Below, piece by piece: positions 44,206 to 51,490 of a DNA stretch of 64,000 bases (within the stretch, counting starts at the first letter, position 1; each line of letters begins with the position of its first letter). The stretch is taken from UHGV virus genome UHGV-1370579; one strand, given 5' to 3'. This stretch comes from a virus. A program made the position numbers and the translations under genes. The notes under the pieces are model-generated. The model did not search any database. It saw only the letters and a list, made by a program, of their open reading frames with translations, and was not told the DNA's origin.

Positions 44206-44442
44206 ATTTATATAAATTGATGAGGAGAAATCCTCATCTTAGTTCACTAAGGTATTAGCTCGACCTAGGACTGGCTGCCAAAAAGCACGATCCCTACGAT
44301 TTGGGAGAAGTTCTAGATTAGTCCACTAGATTCATGGCAACTGAATAGTGTATCGGGTTTGCGAGATGACGCGGTTCCTTCCGCTCGAAGCGAAGGTGCT
44401 GTAGTTACGCCGAGCTAATAGCCTTAGTAAACTAAAGAATTT

Positions 44443-44516
44443 GGGGATATAGTTTAATGGTAGAACATCTGCTTTGCACGCAGAAGACGAGGGTTCAACT
44501 CCCTCTTTCTCCACCA
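44443..44516 (+). tRNA. tRNA-Ala (anticodon UGC)
   Basis: The acceptor is ggggata/tttctcc. The anticodon stem is tctgc/gcaga with loop tttgcac. The T-arm is gaggg-ttcaact-ccctc, followed by acca. Confidence 0.65.
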
Positions 44517-44521
44517 AATTC

Positions 44522-44606
44522 GGGGCTATGCTGGAACTGGTAGACAATACGGCCTTAGATTCCGTAGCTTAAATGCGTGGGAGTTCGAGTCTCCCTAGCC
44601 CCACCA
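44522..44606 (+). tRNA. tRNA-Leu (anticodon UAG), class II
   Basis: The acceptor is ggggcta/tagcccc. The anticodon loop is cttagat. It has a 12-nt variable arm. The T-arm is gggag-ttcgagt-ctccc, followed by acca. Confidence 0.65.
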
Positions 44607-44718
44607 AATTTGATGGTCAGAGTAAATTAAACCTACTATCTCGGTTGAGCTGTTTTAATGGGTTCGAATCCCAGCGAGGCGTAACTGCCTGGTGTGATAG
44701 AGGCATCATCTTATTATT

Positions 44719-44809
44719 GGAAGAGCAAATCGAATTGGCGACGAAAACCGCTTGGAAAGTGGCTGACTGGTAAAACGGCTTGAGAGTTCAAATCTCTCCT
44801 CTTCCGCCA
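44719..44809 (+). tRNA. tRNA-Ser (anticodon GGA), class II
   Basis: The acceptor is ggaagag/ctcttcc. The anticodon loop is ttggaaa. It has a long variable arm. The T-arm is gagag-ttcaaat-ctctc, followed by gcca. Confidence 0.55.
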
Positions 44810-44816
44810 AACAAAT

Positions 44817-44906
44817 GGAAGGTAGGGCGTAGTGGTACGCAACTAGTCTTGAAAACTAGCCCGCTGTAGTGATACGGTGATGGTTCGACTCCATTACCTT
44901 CCTCCA
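44817..44906 (+). tRNA. tRNA-Ser (anticodon UGA), class II
   Basis: The acceptor is ggaaggt/accttcc. The anticodon stem is ctagt/actag with loop cttgaaa. It has a long variable arm. The T-arm is gatgg-ttcgact-ccatt, followed by tcca. Confidence 0.65.
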
Positions 44907-44926
44907 ATTAACTATAAGGAATCCTT

Positions 44927-45100
44927 ATGAGCAAAACAGTTACTGTAACAATGAAGGACGGTAAAAAATTTAAAGCATGCCTTCATGAAACAGATAATGG
45001 ATGGGCAGCCTATTTGCCTCACCTAGACTCCACCGGGTATGGAATGACCCAGCGTGAAGCTATTGTTGATGCTTTAAATGAGGCTTCTGCTGGTTTATAA
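44927..45100 (+). CDS. hypothetical small protein (57 aa)
   Basis: The product runs MSKTVTVTMKDGKKFKACLHETDNGWAAYLPHLDSTGYGMTQREAIVDALNEASAGL. The SD sequence aaggaat precedes it. Confidence 0.4.
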   Translation: MSKTVTVTMKDGKKFKACLHETDNGWAAYLPHLDSTGYGMTQREAIVDALNEASAGL

Positions 45101-45153
45101 AAATTCTTGGAATATGCCGGAATTGGTAGACGGGACTGCCGAATAGGTTTACT

Positions 45154-45238
45154 AGGAACATCCACTCCTAGAAATATACCTTAAAAGCGGTTGAGATAAA
45201 TGGTCTATCTCGTGAAGGTTCAACTCCTTCTGTTCCTT
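45154..45238 (+). tRNA. degenerate class-II-like tRNA element; no resolvable anticodon arm
   Basis: The acceptor-like pairing is aggaaca/tgttcct. The T-arm is gaagg-ttcaact-ccttc. A variable-arm-like hairpin gagata/tatctc is present. No CCA is encoded. Confidence 0.3.
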
Positions 45239-45467
45239 GATATATCAATGGCTCAAAGTGTAACGGTGCTATTTGATGCGCTTGGAAAGACTTTCCCGAC
45301 ATGCGTTCGGGGGTAAGCTTCTGGGGCTAGAATAGAAGAGTTTCTGAGAGCCGCCACAATTGAAAATTCGTACTCGTCTTGAGCTGCGTGCAATAGGAGA
45401 TAACTTGATTAGTATTCTAGAACATGCTAATTGAGGATGGTTTCGCTAACCCTGCGAGTTTTCAATT

Positions 45468-45544
45468 GTGGCTATATCATAATTGGTTAATGATCCTGAT
45501 TGTGAATCAGGCCTATGTGGATTCGAATTCCACTAGCCACCCCA
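45468..45544 (+). tRNA. tRNA-His (anticodon GUG)
   Basis: The acceptor is gtggcta/tagccac. The D-arm is tcat...atga. The anticodon stem is cctga/tcagg with loop ttgtgaa. The T-arm is gtgga-ttcgaat-tccac, followed by ccca. Confidence 0.75.
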
Positions 45545-45569
45545 AATTAACTTAAATAGGAAATAAAAT

Positions 45570-45764
45570 ATGGCTGATTTCTGCAAGCAATGCTCCCTTG
45601 ATATGTGGGGCAGAGATACTGGTGACTTATCTGGTCTGATTACAGAAGCCGAAGTCAAAGAAGGTTATGGTGCAGTTGTGGTTTGCGAAGGATGCGGAGT
45701 CATTCGAGTAGATCATGAAGGTAAGCGCCTTGAAGAACCTGAGCCAATTACTCTACTTCCGTAG
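45570..45764 (+). CDS. hypothetical small Cys-containing protein
   Basis: This 64-aa ORF has paired CxxC motifs: CKQC...CEGCG. Confidence 0.5.
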   Translation: MADFCKQCSLDMWGRDTGDLSGLITEAEVKEGYGAVVVCEGCGVIRVDHEGKRLEEPEPITLLP

Positions 45765-45777
45765 AGTAAAGAATTAT

Positions 45778-45853
45778 TGGGATGTAGATCAATTGGCAGA
45801 TCGTCGGCCTCTGACTCCGAAGGTTCCACGTTCGATCCGTGGCATCCCAGCCA
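45778..45853 (+). tRNA. tRNA-Gln (anticodon CUG)
   Basis: The acceptor is tgggatg/catccca. The D-arm is gatc...gatc. The anticodon loop is ctctgac. The T-arm is ccacg-ttcgatc-cgtgg, followed by gcca. Confidence 0.65.
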
Positions 45854-45859
45854 AATTAT

Positions 45860-45935
45860 TGGAGAGTAGTGTAACGGTTAGCACAACGGCCTTTGACTCC
45901 GTTAATGGTAGGTTCGATTCCTCCTTCTCCAGCCA
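45860..45935 (+). tRNA. tRNA-Gln (anticodon UUG)
   Basis: The acceptor is tggagag/ttctcca. The anticodon loop is ctttgac. The T-arm is gtagg-ttcgatt-cctcc, followed by gcca. Confidence 0.6.
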
Positions 45936-45942
45936 AATTAAT

Positions 45943-46018
45943 GCGTGATTAGTTCAGTGGCTAGAATAACTGGCTTCCAACCAGTAGACACGAGTTCGAC
46001 TCTCGTATCCCGCACCAA
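45943..46018 (+). tRNA. tRNA-Gly (anticodon UCC)
   Basis: The acceptor is gcgtgat/atcccgc. The anticodon stem is actgg/ccagt with loop cttccaa. The T-arm is acgag-ttcgact-ctcgt, followed by acca. Confidence 0.7.
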
Positions 46019-46031
46019 ATAAGGAATCTCT

Positions 46032-46253
46032 ATGCACGTTTTTGAGTTTCGTAATAAAAGTACCGATAAACGAGTTATCATTATTGGGGAAACATACCGA
46101 GCTTATGAACAAACTGACGGCTCTGTTATCTTGAATGATGAGAAAGGAGGTTTTAGCTTTTACCCAGAAGAAACGTATGAAGAGTTTCGTACTAAGTTTC
46201 TTTTACCAGACTGGCTAGCAGTAGCCAAGCAACGAGAATCCGAAGATGGCTGA
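46032..46253 (+). CDS. hypothetical protein
   Basis: This is a 73-aa ORF. Confidence 0.5.
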   Translation: MHVFEFRNKSTDKRVIIIGETYRAYEQTDGSVILNDEKGGFSFYPEETYEEFRTKFLLPDWLAVAKQRESEDG

Positions 46254-46411
46254 TAACCTAAAATTAAAGGTTGACAAACAAAAGAAATACGTTGAGATTG
46301 AATTAGGCGAAGAACGTTTAAAGCTAACTTTCGAGTTTCTTCAGCAGTTGGCAATGACAGTAATGTCAGATAAATCCCCTGTATTTGAAAAAGAAATCCC
46401 ATTGAAATAAT
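46247..46411 (+). CDS. hypothetical small protein (54 aa)
   Basis: The product runs MADNLKLKVDKQKKYVEIELGEERLKLTFEFLQQLAMTVMSDKSPVFEKEIPLK. It overlaps the previous stop (ATGGCTGA). A 9-bp hairpin aatcccatt/aatgggatt lies at its 3' end. Confidence 0.35.
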
Positions 46412-46420
46412 GGGATTATC

Positions 46421-46495
46421 GCTCCTAAAGCATTGCTGGCGATGCAGTTGCCTTGTAAGCATCTGAACCGGGTTCGATTCCTGGTGGGAGCACCA
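46421..46495 (+). tRNA. tRNA-Thr (anticodon UGU)
   Basis: The acceptor is gctccta/tgggagc. The D-arm is gcat...atgc. The anticodon loop is cttgtaa. The T-arm is ccggg-ttcgatt-cctgg, followed by acca. Confidence 0.65.
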
Positions 46496-46510
46496 AATTT
46501 AAAAATTCAT

Positions 46511-46539
46511 TTGCCTTCTCTCTTATTTCTTGTTATAAT
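46511..46539 (+). promoter_or_regulatory. stereotyped phage promoter
   Basis: The sequence is aaaaattcaTTTGCCTtctctcttatttcttgtTATAATatttatataaattaatgagagg. Confidence 0.6.
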
Positions 46540-46569
46540 ATTTATATAAATTAATGAGAGGGAAACCAA

Positions 46570-46863
46570 ATGAAGCGTTATCTTTCTGTAGTATTCCAAA
46601 CTGGTGGCCAAAGATATACCTATGAATTTCCATCTTCTTGGAAAATCAAAGAAGGTGATCAAGTAGTTGTGTTAACACCGCGTGAAGAGTATAAAGTAGT
46701 AACGGTTAAACAGGTATTTCCAAAAGATCATGAACCAGCTAAAGGCATTCGCTATAAGATGATTCATGGTGTAGTTCGTCAAGTACCACGAACTGAGGTA
46801 GAAATAGATAAGACTGGAGAAGCTAAATTCCATTATACTTCTTACCTAAACGAGATACGATAA
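46570..46863 (+). CDS. hypothetical protein
   Basis: This is a 97-aa ORF. Confidence 0.5.
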   Translation: MKRYLSVVFQTGGQRYTYEFPSSWKIKEGDQVVVLTPREEYKVVTVKQVFPKDHEPAKGIRYKMIHGVVRQVPRTEVEIDKTGEAKFHYTSYLNEIR

Positions 46864-47069
46864 TGAGAATTTCTTTTACAGAAAAGATTATGTGTAGCGG
46901 CGTAATGATCATTACAGCATGGGAGGGTAAACTATGGTGTAATGTATCTGGCCTAAAACCAGAAGATCAAACACCTGAAAACATCCGCAAAATAAAAAGA
47001 AAAATGGTGGAATGTGCCCGACTTCCCGGTGCGCCTAGAAATGGTAAACGTTCTGCAACCAAATATTAA
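46863..47069 (+). CDS. hypothetical small protein
   Basis: This is a 68-aa ORF overlapping the previous stop (TAATG). Confidence 0.45.
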   Translation: MRISFTEKIMCSGVMIITAWEGKLWCNVSGLKPEDQTPENIRKIKRKMVECARLPGAPRNGKRSATKY

Positions 47070-47070
47070 T

Positions 47071-47146
47071 GCTTCGGTAGCTTAGCGATCTAAAGCACTC
47101 GGCTGATAACCGAGAGATCGGGGGTTTAAATCCCTCCCGGAGTACC
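47071..47146 (+). tRNA. tRNA-Ile (anticodon GAU)
   Basis: The acceptor is gcttcgg/ccggagt. The D-arm is gctt...aagc. The anticodon stem is ctcgg/ccgag with loop ctgataa. The T-arm is ggggg-tttaaat-ccctc, followed by acca. Confidence 0.7.
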
Positions 47147-47243
47147 AAATTTAGGAATTAAGACTATGCGTCCAGGAAAGTTTAAAAAAGCTAATTGGTC
47201 TAAAGAGTACAAAGAATACTTACTTAGTCTAGTAAAACATAAT

Positions 47244-47319
47244 AGTTAGTTGGCAGAGTGGTTATGCACCTCCTTCATACGGAGCGACTACAGTGGTTCA
47301 AATCCACTACTAACTACCA
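47244..47319 (+). tRNA. tRNA with anticodon CAU (third CAU species)
   Basis: The acceptor is agttagt/actaact. The anticodon loop is ttcatac. The T-arm is agtgg-ttcaaat-ccact, followed by acca. Confidence 0.6.
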
Positions 47320-47356
47320 TTAAAAGAGCTAGAGATAGCTAAATATAGGAGCAATT

Positions 47357-47551
47357 ATGTTAACAGTTAAAATAATGTCCACTGATGGTGGTGAGCAGAT
47401 TCATGTTGGTAAAAGCGTAGGGTTTAATCCCAGAAATAAAAGCATAGCTATTTCTGGAATAGATCAAGCAATCTTCTTAAAAGAAGATGAAGTAGCATAC
47501 GTTATGAACCAAACTGGTAAGACAGTTTCTGTATATCGTGGTAAACTATAG
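47357..47551 (+). CDS. hypothetical small protein
   Basis: This is a 64-aa ORF. Confidence 0.5.
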   Translation: MLTVKIMSTDGGEQIHVGKSVGFNPRNKSIAISGIDQAIFLKEDEVAYVMNQTGKTVSVYRGKL

Positions 47552-47593
47552 AGAATAAAGAGCTGAGCCAATTTCTAACATCGGGGAGAGCTA

Positions 47594-47962
47594 ATGAAAG
47601 CATATCAAAATCTTAAGTCTGGCGTAATTAATCTTGTTCATGATAATCAGATTATTCAACTGTACTCTAAAGATGGTGAACTTAAACAAAAAGTTCTGGT
47701 TGAGGATCTAGAAGGTATCACACCACATTTTGACCCAGAATCCTTCCGTGAAGTCAAGGTGGAAGTAGTTCCTCAAATCGAGGGAGGTCAGCACCTAAAT
47801 GTCAATGTGTTAAGTCGTGATCAGCTTTTGGATGCACAGAAACATCCTGAAAAATACCCTCAATTAACTATCCGTGTTTCAGGGTATGCTGTACGTTTTA
47901 ACTCACTGACGCGTGAACAGCAGAACGACGTTATTAGTCGTACATTTACTCAGGCGATGTAA
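47594..47962 (+). CDS. grcA: GrcA/YfiD-like autonomous glycyl-radical cofactor
   Basis: The C-terminal half [10 protein letters not shown]...[35 protein letters not shown] closely matches the E. coli GrcA glycyl-radical domain (RVSGYAV) as I recall it. Confidence 0.75.
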   Translation: MKAYQNLKSGVINLVHDNQIIQLYSKDGELKQKVLVEDLEGITPHFDPESFREVKVEVVPQIEGGQHLNVNVLSRDQLLDAQKHPEKYPQLTIRVSGYAVRFNSLTREQQNDVISRTFTQAM

Positions 47963-48043
47963 TGGGGCTTGGATACGGTTTCTACGAACTACGTAAGGTA
48001 GTCGAGCAAACTCCATTTATCTCCCAAGTTTTAGGAGAAATGT

Positions 48044-48358
48044 GTGGATCGAGCATTAAGACGTCATCACCGGCAACGTGTAAAGAACAACCGCAAGAAG
48101 TATTGGACAGTCTTCCCACATGAAGAAAGCCCTAAACGGTTAGGTATTATCACTACTACTCCTTGTATCTGTTCTTGTTGGATGTGCGGGAATCCTCGCA
48201 AACACTTTAAGAATAGTAAAGCAGGGATGAAAACCTCGGAGATTAGGAAAATGGAAGCAATGATTACGGATATTTCAAATGATGAATTTGATGGCTTCGT
48301 AGGATTCGGAGAAGGAATTAGCTCAGGCTGTTTCGAAGATGAACGCCCCGATCTGTAA
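48044..48358 (+). CDS. hypothetical Cys-rich protein
   Basis: The 104-aa product has a basic N-terminus and a CICSCWMCGNPRKH cluster. Confidence 0.5.
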   Translation: MDRALRRHHRQRVKNNRKKYWTVFPHEESPKRLGIITTTPCICSCWMCGNPRKHFKNSKAGMKTSEIRKMEAMITDISNDEFDGFVGFGEGISSGCFEDERPDL

Positions 48359-48366
48359 TTAATAAC

Positions 48367-48406
48367 AAACCCCAGCTATTGAATAAGTAGTCTGGGGTTT
48401 TTCTGT
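48367..48406 (+). terminator. rho-independent terminator
   Basis: The stem aaccccag/ctggggtt is followed by TTTTCTG. Confidence 0.6.
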
Positions 48407-48479
48407 ATACAGGTAGATAATTTATGTATAATAAAATTCATCCACATTAGGTTAATTCAAAAGACTTAATGGAGGTAAT

Positions 48480-48827
48480 ATGAGCCGTACTTATCGTAGA
48501 CAAACTGGTGATCAGTGGTGGAAGTCTAAAGCTAATTACACCCAGGGATATACTTTCCTCAAAGCAAGTGGCTACTACATTCGTGTTATTTATGCTAAAT
48601 CCTGGGATGAGGTAGAACAGGAAATGGAAGAAGCAACCATTCGTAATGAGAAAAAAGATGGTTATAGCTGGAATTCTGTTAGTAAGAATGTTAAGTGGCA
48701 TTCTAATAAAATGGTTCGTCAAGGAAATCGTCAAGAACTCCACCGCGTGATGAAAGATCCAGAAAATTACGACTATAATCGCGATCATGACATGCGTAAG
48801 CGTGGATTATGGTGGTGCTATGATTGA
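48480..48827 (+). CDS. hypothetical basic protein
   Basis: This is a 115-aa ORF. Confidence 0.5.
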   Translation: MSRTYRRQTGDQWWKSKANYTQGYTFLKASGYYIRVIYAKSWDEVEQEMEEATIRNEKKDGYSWNSVSKNVKWHSNKMVRQGNRQELHRVMKDPENYDYNRDHDMRKRGLWWCYD

Positions 48828-49341
48828 GAACAAAATGGAAGAATGGAAAATCATCGAGAATTTTCCATCTTATGAGGTTTCTAGCTTAGGTAGGGTTAGA
48901 AACTTAAAAACAGGAAAAATCCGAAAACCAGTAGTCCATCACAGTGGATACTTACAACTAAACCTAGTAAAGGAAGATGGGTCTAAAAAGACTGTGTATA
49001 TCCATAGGGTAGTGGCCTTTGCTTTCTGCAATCCTCCTAAAAACTGGAAAGAATTAACTGTCAATCATAAAGATGGAAATAAGGAAAATGTAGAGGCTAC
49101 TAACCTAGAGTGGATTAGTATGTCAGATAATTTAAAACACGCAAGACTTACGGGTTTAAATCCTATAGATGGTGAAATGAACGGTAGGGCTTTATTAACA
49201 GCAGAACAGGTTCTTTGGATACGGAATGTTTATATACCCAGGGACAAGGAATTTGGGCAGAAAGCCCTTGCAGAAAAATTCAATGTTAGCAAAGCCACTA
49301 TAAGCCATATAATAACACGTAGGACTTGGACAGAAATTTAA
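48787..49341 (+). CDS. HNH homing endonuclease (NUMOD4/HNH_3-like)
   Basis: The N-terminal segment is IENFPSYEVSSLGRVRNLKTGKI. The HNH motif is VNHKDGNKENVEATNLEW. A C-terminal helix-turn-helix region follows. Confidence 0.8.
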   Translation: MTCVSVDYGGAMIENKMEEWKIIENFPSYEVSSLGRVRNLKTGKIRKPVVHHSGYLQLNLVKEDGSKKTVYIHRVVAFAFCNPPKNWKELTVNHKDGNKENVEATNLEWISMSDNLKHARLTGLNPIDGEMNGRALLTAEQVLWIRNVYIPRDKEFGQKALAEKFNVSKATISHIITRRTWTEI

Positions 49342-49350
49342 ATAATTCAT

Positions 49351-49379
49351 TTGCTAAACCTCTCTCATCAATTTATAAT
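49351..49379 (+). promoter_or_regulatory. stereotyped phage promoter embedded in a 17-bp perfect palindrome
   Basis: The sequence is attcaTTTGCTAaacctctctcatcaatttTATAATatatttataaattgatgagagaggt. Confidence 0.6.
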
Positions 49380-49409
49380 ATATTTATAAATTGATGAGAG
49401 AGGTTTGAA

Positions 49410-49691
49410 ATGAAAAATCGCCTAGACTGTGCCATTCATGTTCTTGAACATGATGTTGTGGGAACCTGTATGTCTTACCACGAAGCAGGTCGTTTAATTA
49501 AAGAACGTGTGGCAGATGTGTGTGGATTGAAGATTACTGCTGAGGAAGCTGATGGTCTTTTAGGTCAAGCACTGGAAAAAACCGAGATGTTCCTCTGCGA
49601 TTCTTGTTCTTGGTGGTGTGAAGCTCACGAACGTTCTTTCAACGATTATGATGTATGTCGTGATTGTAGTGGGGAGGATGAAGATGAATAA
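49410..49691 (+). CDS. hypothetical Cys-rich acidic protein
   Basis: This is a 93-aa ORF whose C-terminal tail is GEDEDE. Confidence 0.5.
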   Translation: MKNRLDCAIHVLEHDVVGTCMSYHEAGRLIKERVADVCGLKITAEEADGLLGQALEKTEMFLCDSCSWWCEAHERSFNDYDVCRDCSGEDEDE

Positions 49692-49983
49692 GTTTATTAT
49701 TGCACTGATGATCTCCGCAGTTAGTTTCGGTTCTCTGGCATCTACCAAAGTTTCTATGAAAAATGGGAATGTTAGGGTACAACAGAATGGCATTATTACC
49801 GAGTATGGTAAAGTTCGTGATGTTAAGGAACGTAATGGCAAAGTAGAGGTATACACTAACAAAAATTTCTCTACTCCGGCTGTTACTGTTAGCAAACGTG
49901 GTGAGATAACTACTCAACGTACTAATAGCTCTAGTTCTTTTACTTGTCGTTATGATTGCGACTTTGAAGGTGAAGATGAATAA
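49684..49983 (+). CDS. secreted small protein with a signal peptide
   Basis: The signal peptide is MNKFIIALMISAVSFGSLA. The C-terminus is CRYDCDFEGEDE. The track ORF starts earlier, at 49618. Confidence 0.45.
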   Translation: MNKFIIALMISAVSFGSLASTKVSMKNGNVRVQQNGIITEYGKVRDVKERNGKVEVYTNKNFSTPAVTVSKRGEITTQRTNSSSSFTCRYDCDFEGEDE

Positions 49984-50368
49984 TTTAGATCCTAGAATTA
50001 AATTTGCAATTACAGAAATCCAAGATCAAATTGATGAAGACTTCACTATTTGGTCAAGATCTGGTAATGGGGAATACTGCCAGCTTTACAGCATGAAAAT
50101 GGGTATCTCAATTGAGCTTAATATCAACTCTGAAGGTAGGGTAGAAGCCCAACCCATGTTCAGTGTTCCAGGCTTCTCTGGGTTTGTTGCGGGTATGAAA
50201 TTATGCCTACCAAATAACCATCTTCATCGAGTTATTTGTCAGCTAGAGACTATTAAGCATTTCTTGCCAGAAGATAATATTAATGACTACTACCATGAAG
50301 TTGTAGCAGCTCATATGATGAAAGAACGCAAACGTAGGAGAGAAGAACGTGAAAAGACTAAATATTAA
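49952..50368 (+). CDS. hypothetical protein
   Basis: This is a 138-aa ORF. Confidence 0.45.
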   Translation: MIATLKVKMNNLDPRIKFAITEIQDQIDEDFTIWSRSGNGEYCQLYSMKMGISIELNINSEGRVEAQPMFSVPGFSGFVAGMKLCLPNNHLHRVICQLETIKHFLPEDNINDYYHEVVAAHMMKERKRRREEREKTKY

Positions 50369-50645
50369 TAGCACAGTGCAGATCCCAGCAACTAAGGATA
50401 TTTTAACATTCCTACGTAGTGAGAATGCCCAGTTTTGGCATGACTATATCCAGAAAAATAAAAATAACCCAGATGTAGTTGCCTTTGCCAAAAAACGTAT
50501 CGAAGAATATAAAGATCCAGAGATTAAAGATGGGATGATCACTATGCAATTGTGGGTAGCCATGAATACGTTTGGACCTACTATGAGTCTAGGATTTACT
50601 CCACTGTTTACAAATATTCTAATTAATGAAAAGGATCTGAAATGA
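50349..50645 (+). CDS. hypothetical protein
   Basis: This is a 98-aa ORF. Confidence 0.45.
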   Translation: MKRLNINSTVQIPATKDILTFLRSENAQFWHDYIQKNKNNPDVVAFAKKRIEEYKDPEIKDGMITMQLWVAMNTFGPTMSLGFTPLFTNILINEKDLK

Positions 50646-50926
50646 TTATCTCTCCCTTTGCTCTTTGGTTCGTCATTGGATCCATAGTAGCTATTTATAG
50701 CTTGGTTGATGATCTGTATATTTCTAAGAACAAAGATGTAATATTATATGTTATACATAAAACCCGACCGTTAGACCTACCACCTCTTGATGATAAAACA
50801 TTACTCAGATGTGCTAGATCTGCGATATTTATTATGGATATTCTTCTAGGCCCAACATCTGTGTTTTTCTTTTATAGAAAAACTCGTAATATGAGAAAGT
50901 TTAAAGCTGATATGCGGAATATTTAA
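50642..50926 (+). CDS. hypothetical membrane protein
   Basis: This is a 94-aa ORF with two predicted TM segments. Confidence 0.45.
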   Translation: MIISPFALWFVIGSIVAIYSLVDDLYISKNKDVILYVIHKTRPLDLPPLDDKTLLRCARSAIFIMDILLGPTSVFFFYRKTRNMRKFKADMRNI

Positions 50927-51000
50927 AGAACTCGCGTAGGACCGAGTTGCGTCACCTGCAACTGTTACGGATAAGGGAGTCGTGCCCCTTAGTGCGGTAA

Positions 51001-51336
51001 GTGGTGAGGTGGCTGCTAGCCCTAACTGGAGATAATATGACTATATTACTAATTCTTGTTACAACTTGGTTTTTAATCGGTGCTGGATACGCGATAGCTA
51101 TTATTAGACATTTGGACGAACATTCTGCTGAATGGTTTGTTAAGTATCTACGTATTGATGGTCAAGAACATGAGTTTAAAGATGAAAGACAGAAAAAAGT
51201 AGTAAATAATATGACAGCCAAAGAATGCTTGTTCTACATGCGTATTGTAGGGTTCTTTGGACTATTAGTTGCTGACATCAAATTGTGGAGAAATGCAGGG
51301 GTACTGCGTAAAGCTAGAGAAACTAATATTACATAA
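51001..51336 (+). CDS. hypothetical membrane protein
   Basis: This is a 111-aa ORF with TM segments. Confidence 0.45.
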   Translation: MVRWLLALTGDNMTILLILVTTWFLIGAGYAIAIIRHLDEHSAEWFVKYLRIDGQEHEFKDERQKKVVNNMTAKECLFYMRIVGFFGLLVADIKLWRNAGVLRKARETNIT

Positions 51337-51381
51337 GATTGATACTAAATCAACTTACTAGCAAAAGCAAATAATGACAAA

Positions 51382-51418
51382 GCCCAGCCTGCACTTTTGC
51401 GACTGGGCTATTTTTATA
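51382..51418 (+). terminator. rho-independent terminator
   Basis: The stem agcccag/ctgggct is followed by ATTTTTATA. Confidence 0.55.
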
Positions 51419-51429
51419 ATAAAATTTTA

Positions 51430-51458
51430 GTTGCTTAGATGCCCAAACTTTTGTATAA
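51430..51458 (+). promoter_or_regulatory. stereotyped phage promoter
   Basis: The sequence is aaaattttagTTGCTTagatgcccaaacttttgTATAATatgtttatagattgaggcaagagg. Confidence 0.6.
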
Positions 51459-51490
51459 TATGTTTATAGATTGAGGCAAGAGGATTAAAT

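Noticed and set aside
44610-44690. A tRNA call based on the gggttcgaatccc T-loop.
   Set aside because: No 7-nt acceptor partner exists within a tRNA-compatible distance. The best candidate is only 20 nt upstream, and no D or anticodon arms can be formed. I treat it as a T-arm remnant or part of a larger structure.
34740-47320. Whether the tRNA cluster could be a CRISPR array or another repeat array, given the periodic ggttcgaatcc motifs.
   Set aside because: The recurring motif is the tRNA T-loop. Spacing and flanks are irregular, each unit folds as a cloverleaf with a distinct anticodon, and there are no direct repeats with unique spacers. No CRISPR array is present anywhere in the window.
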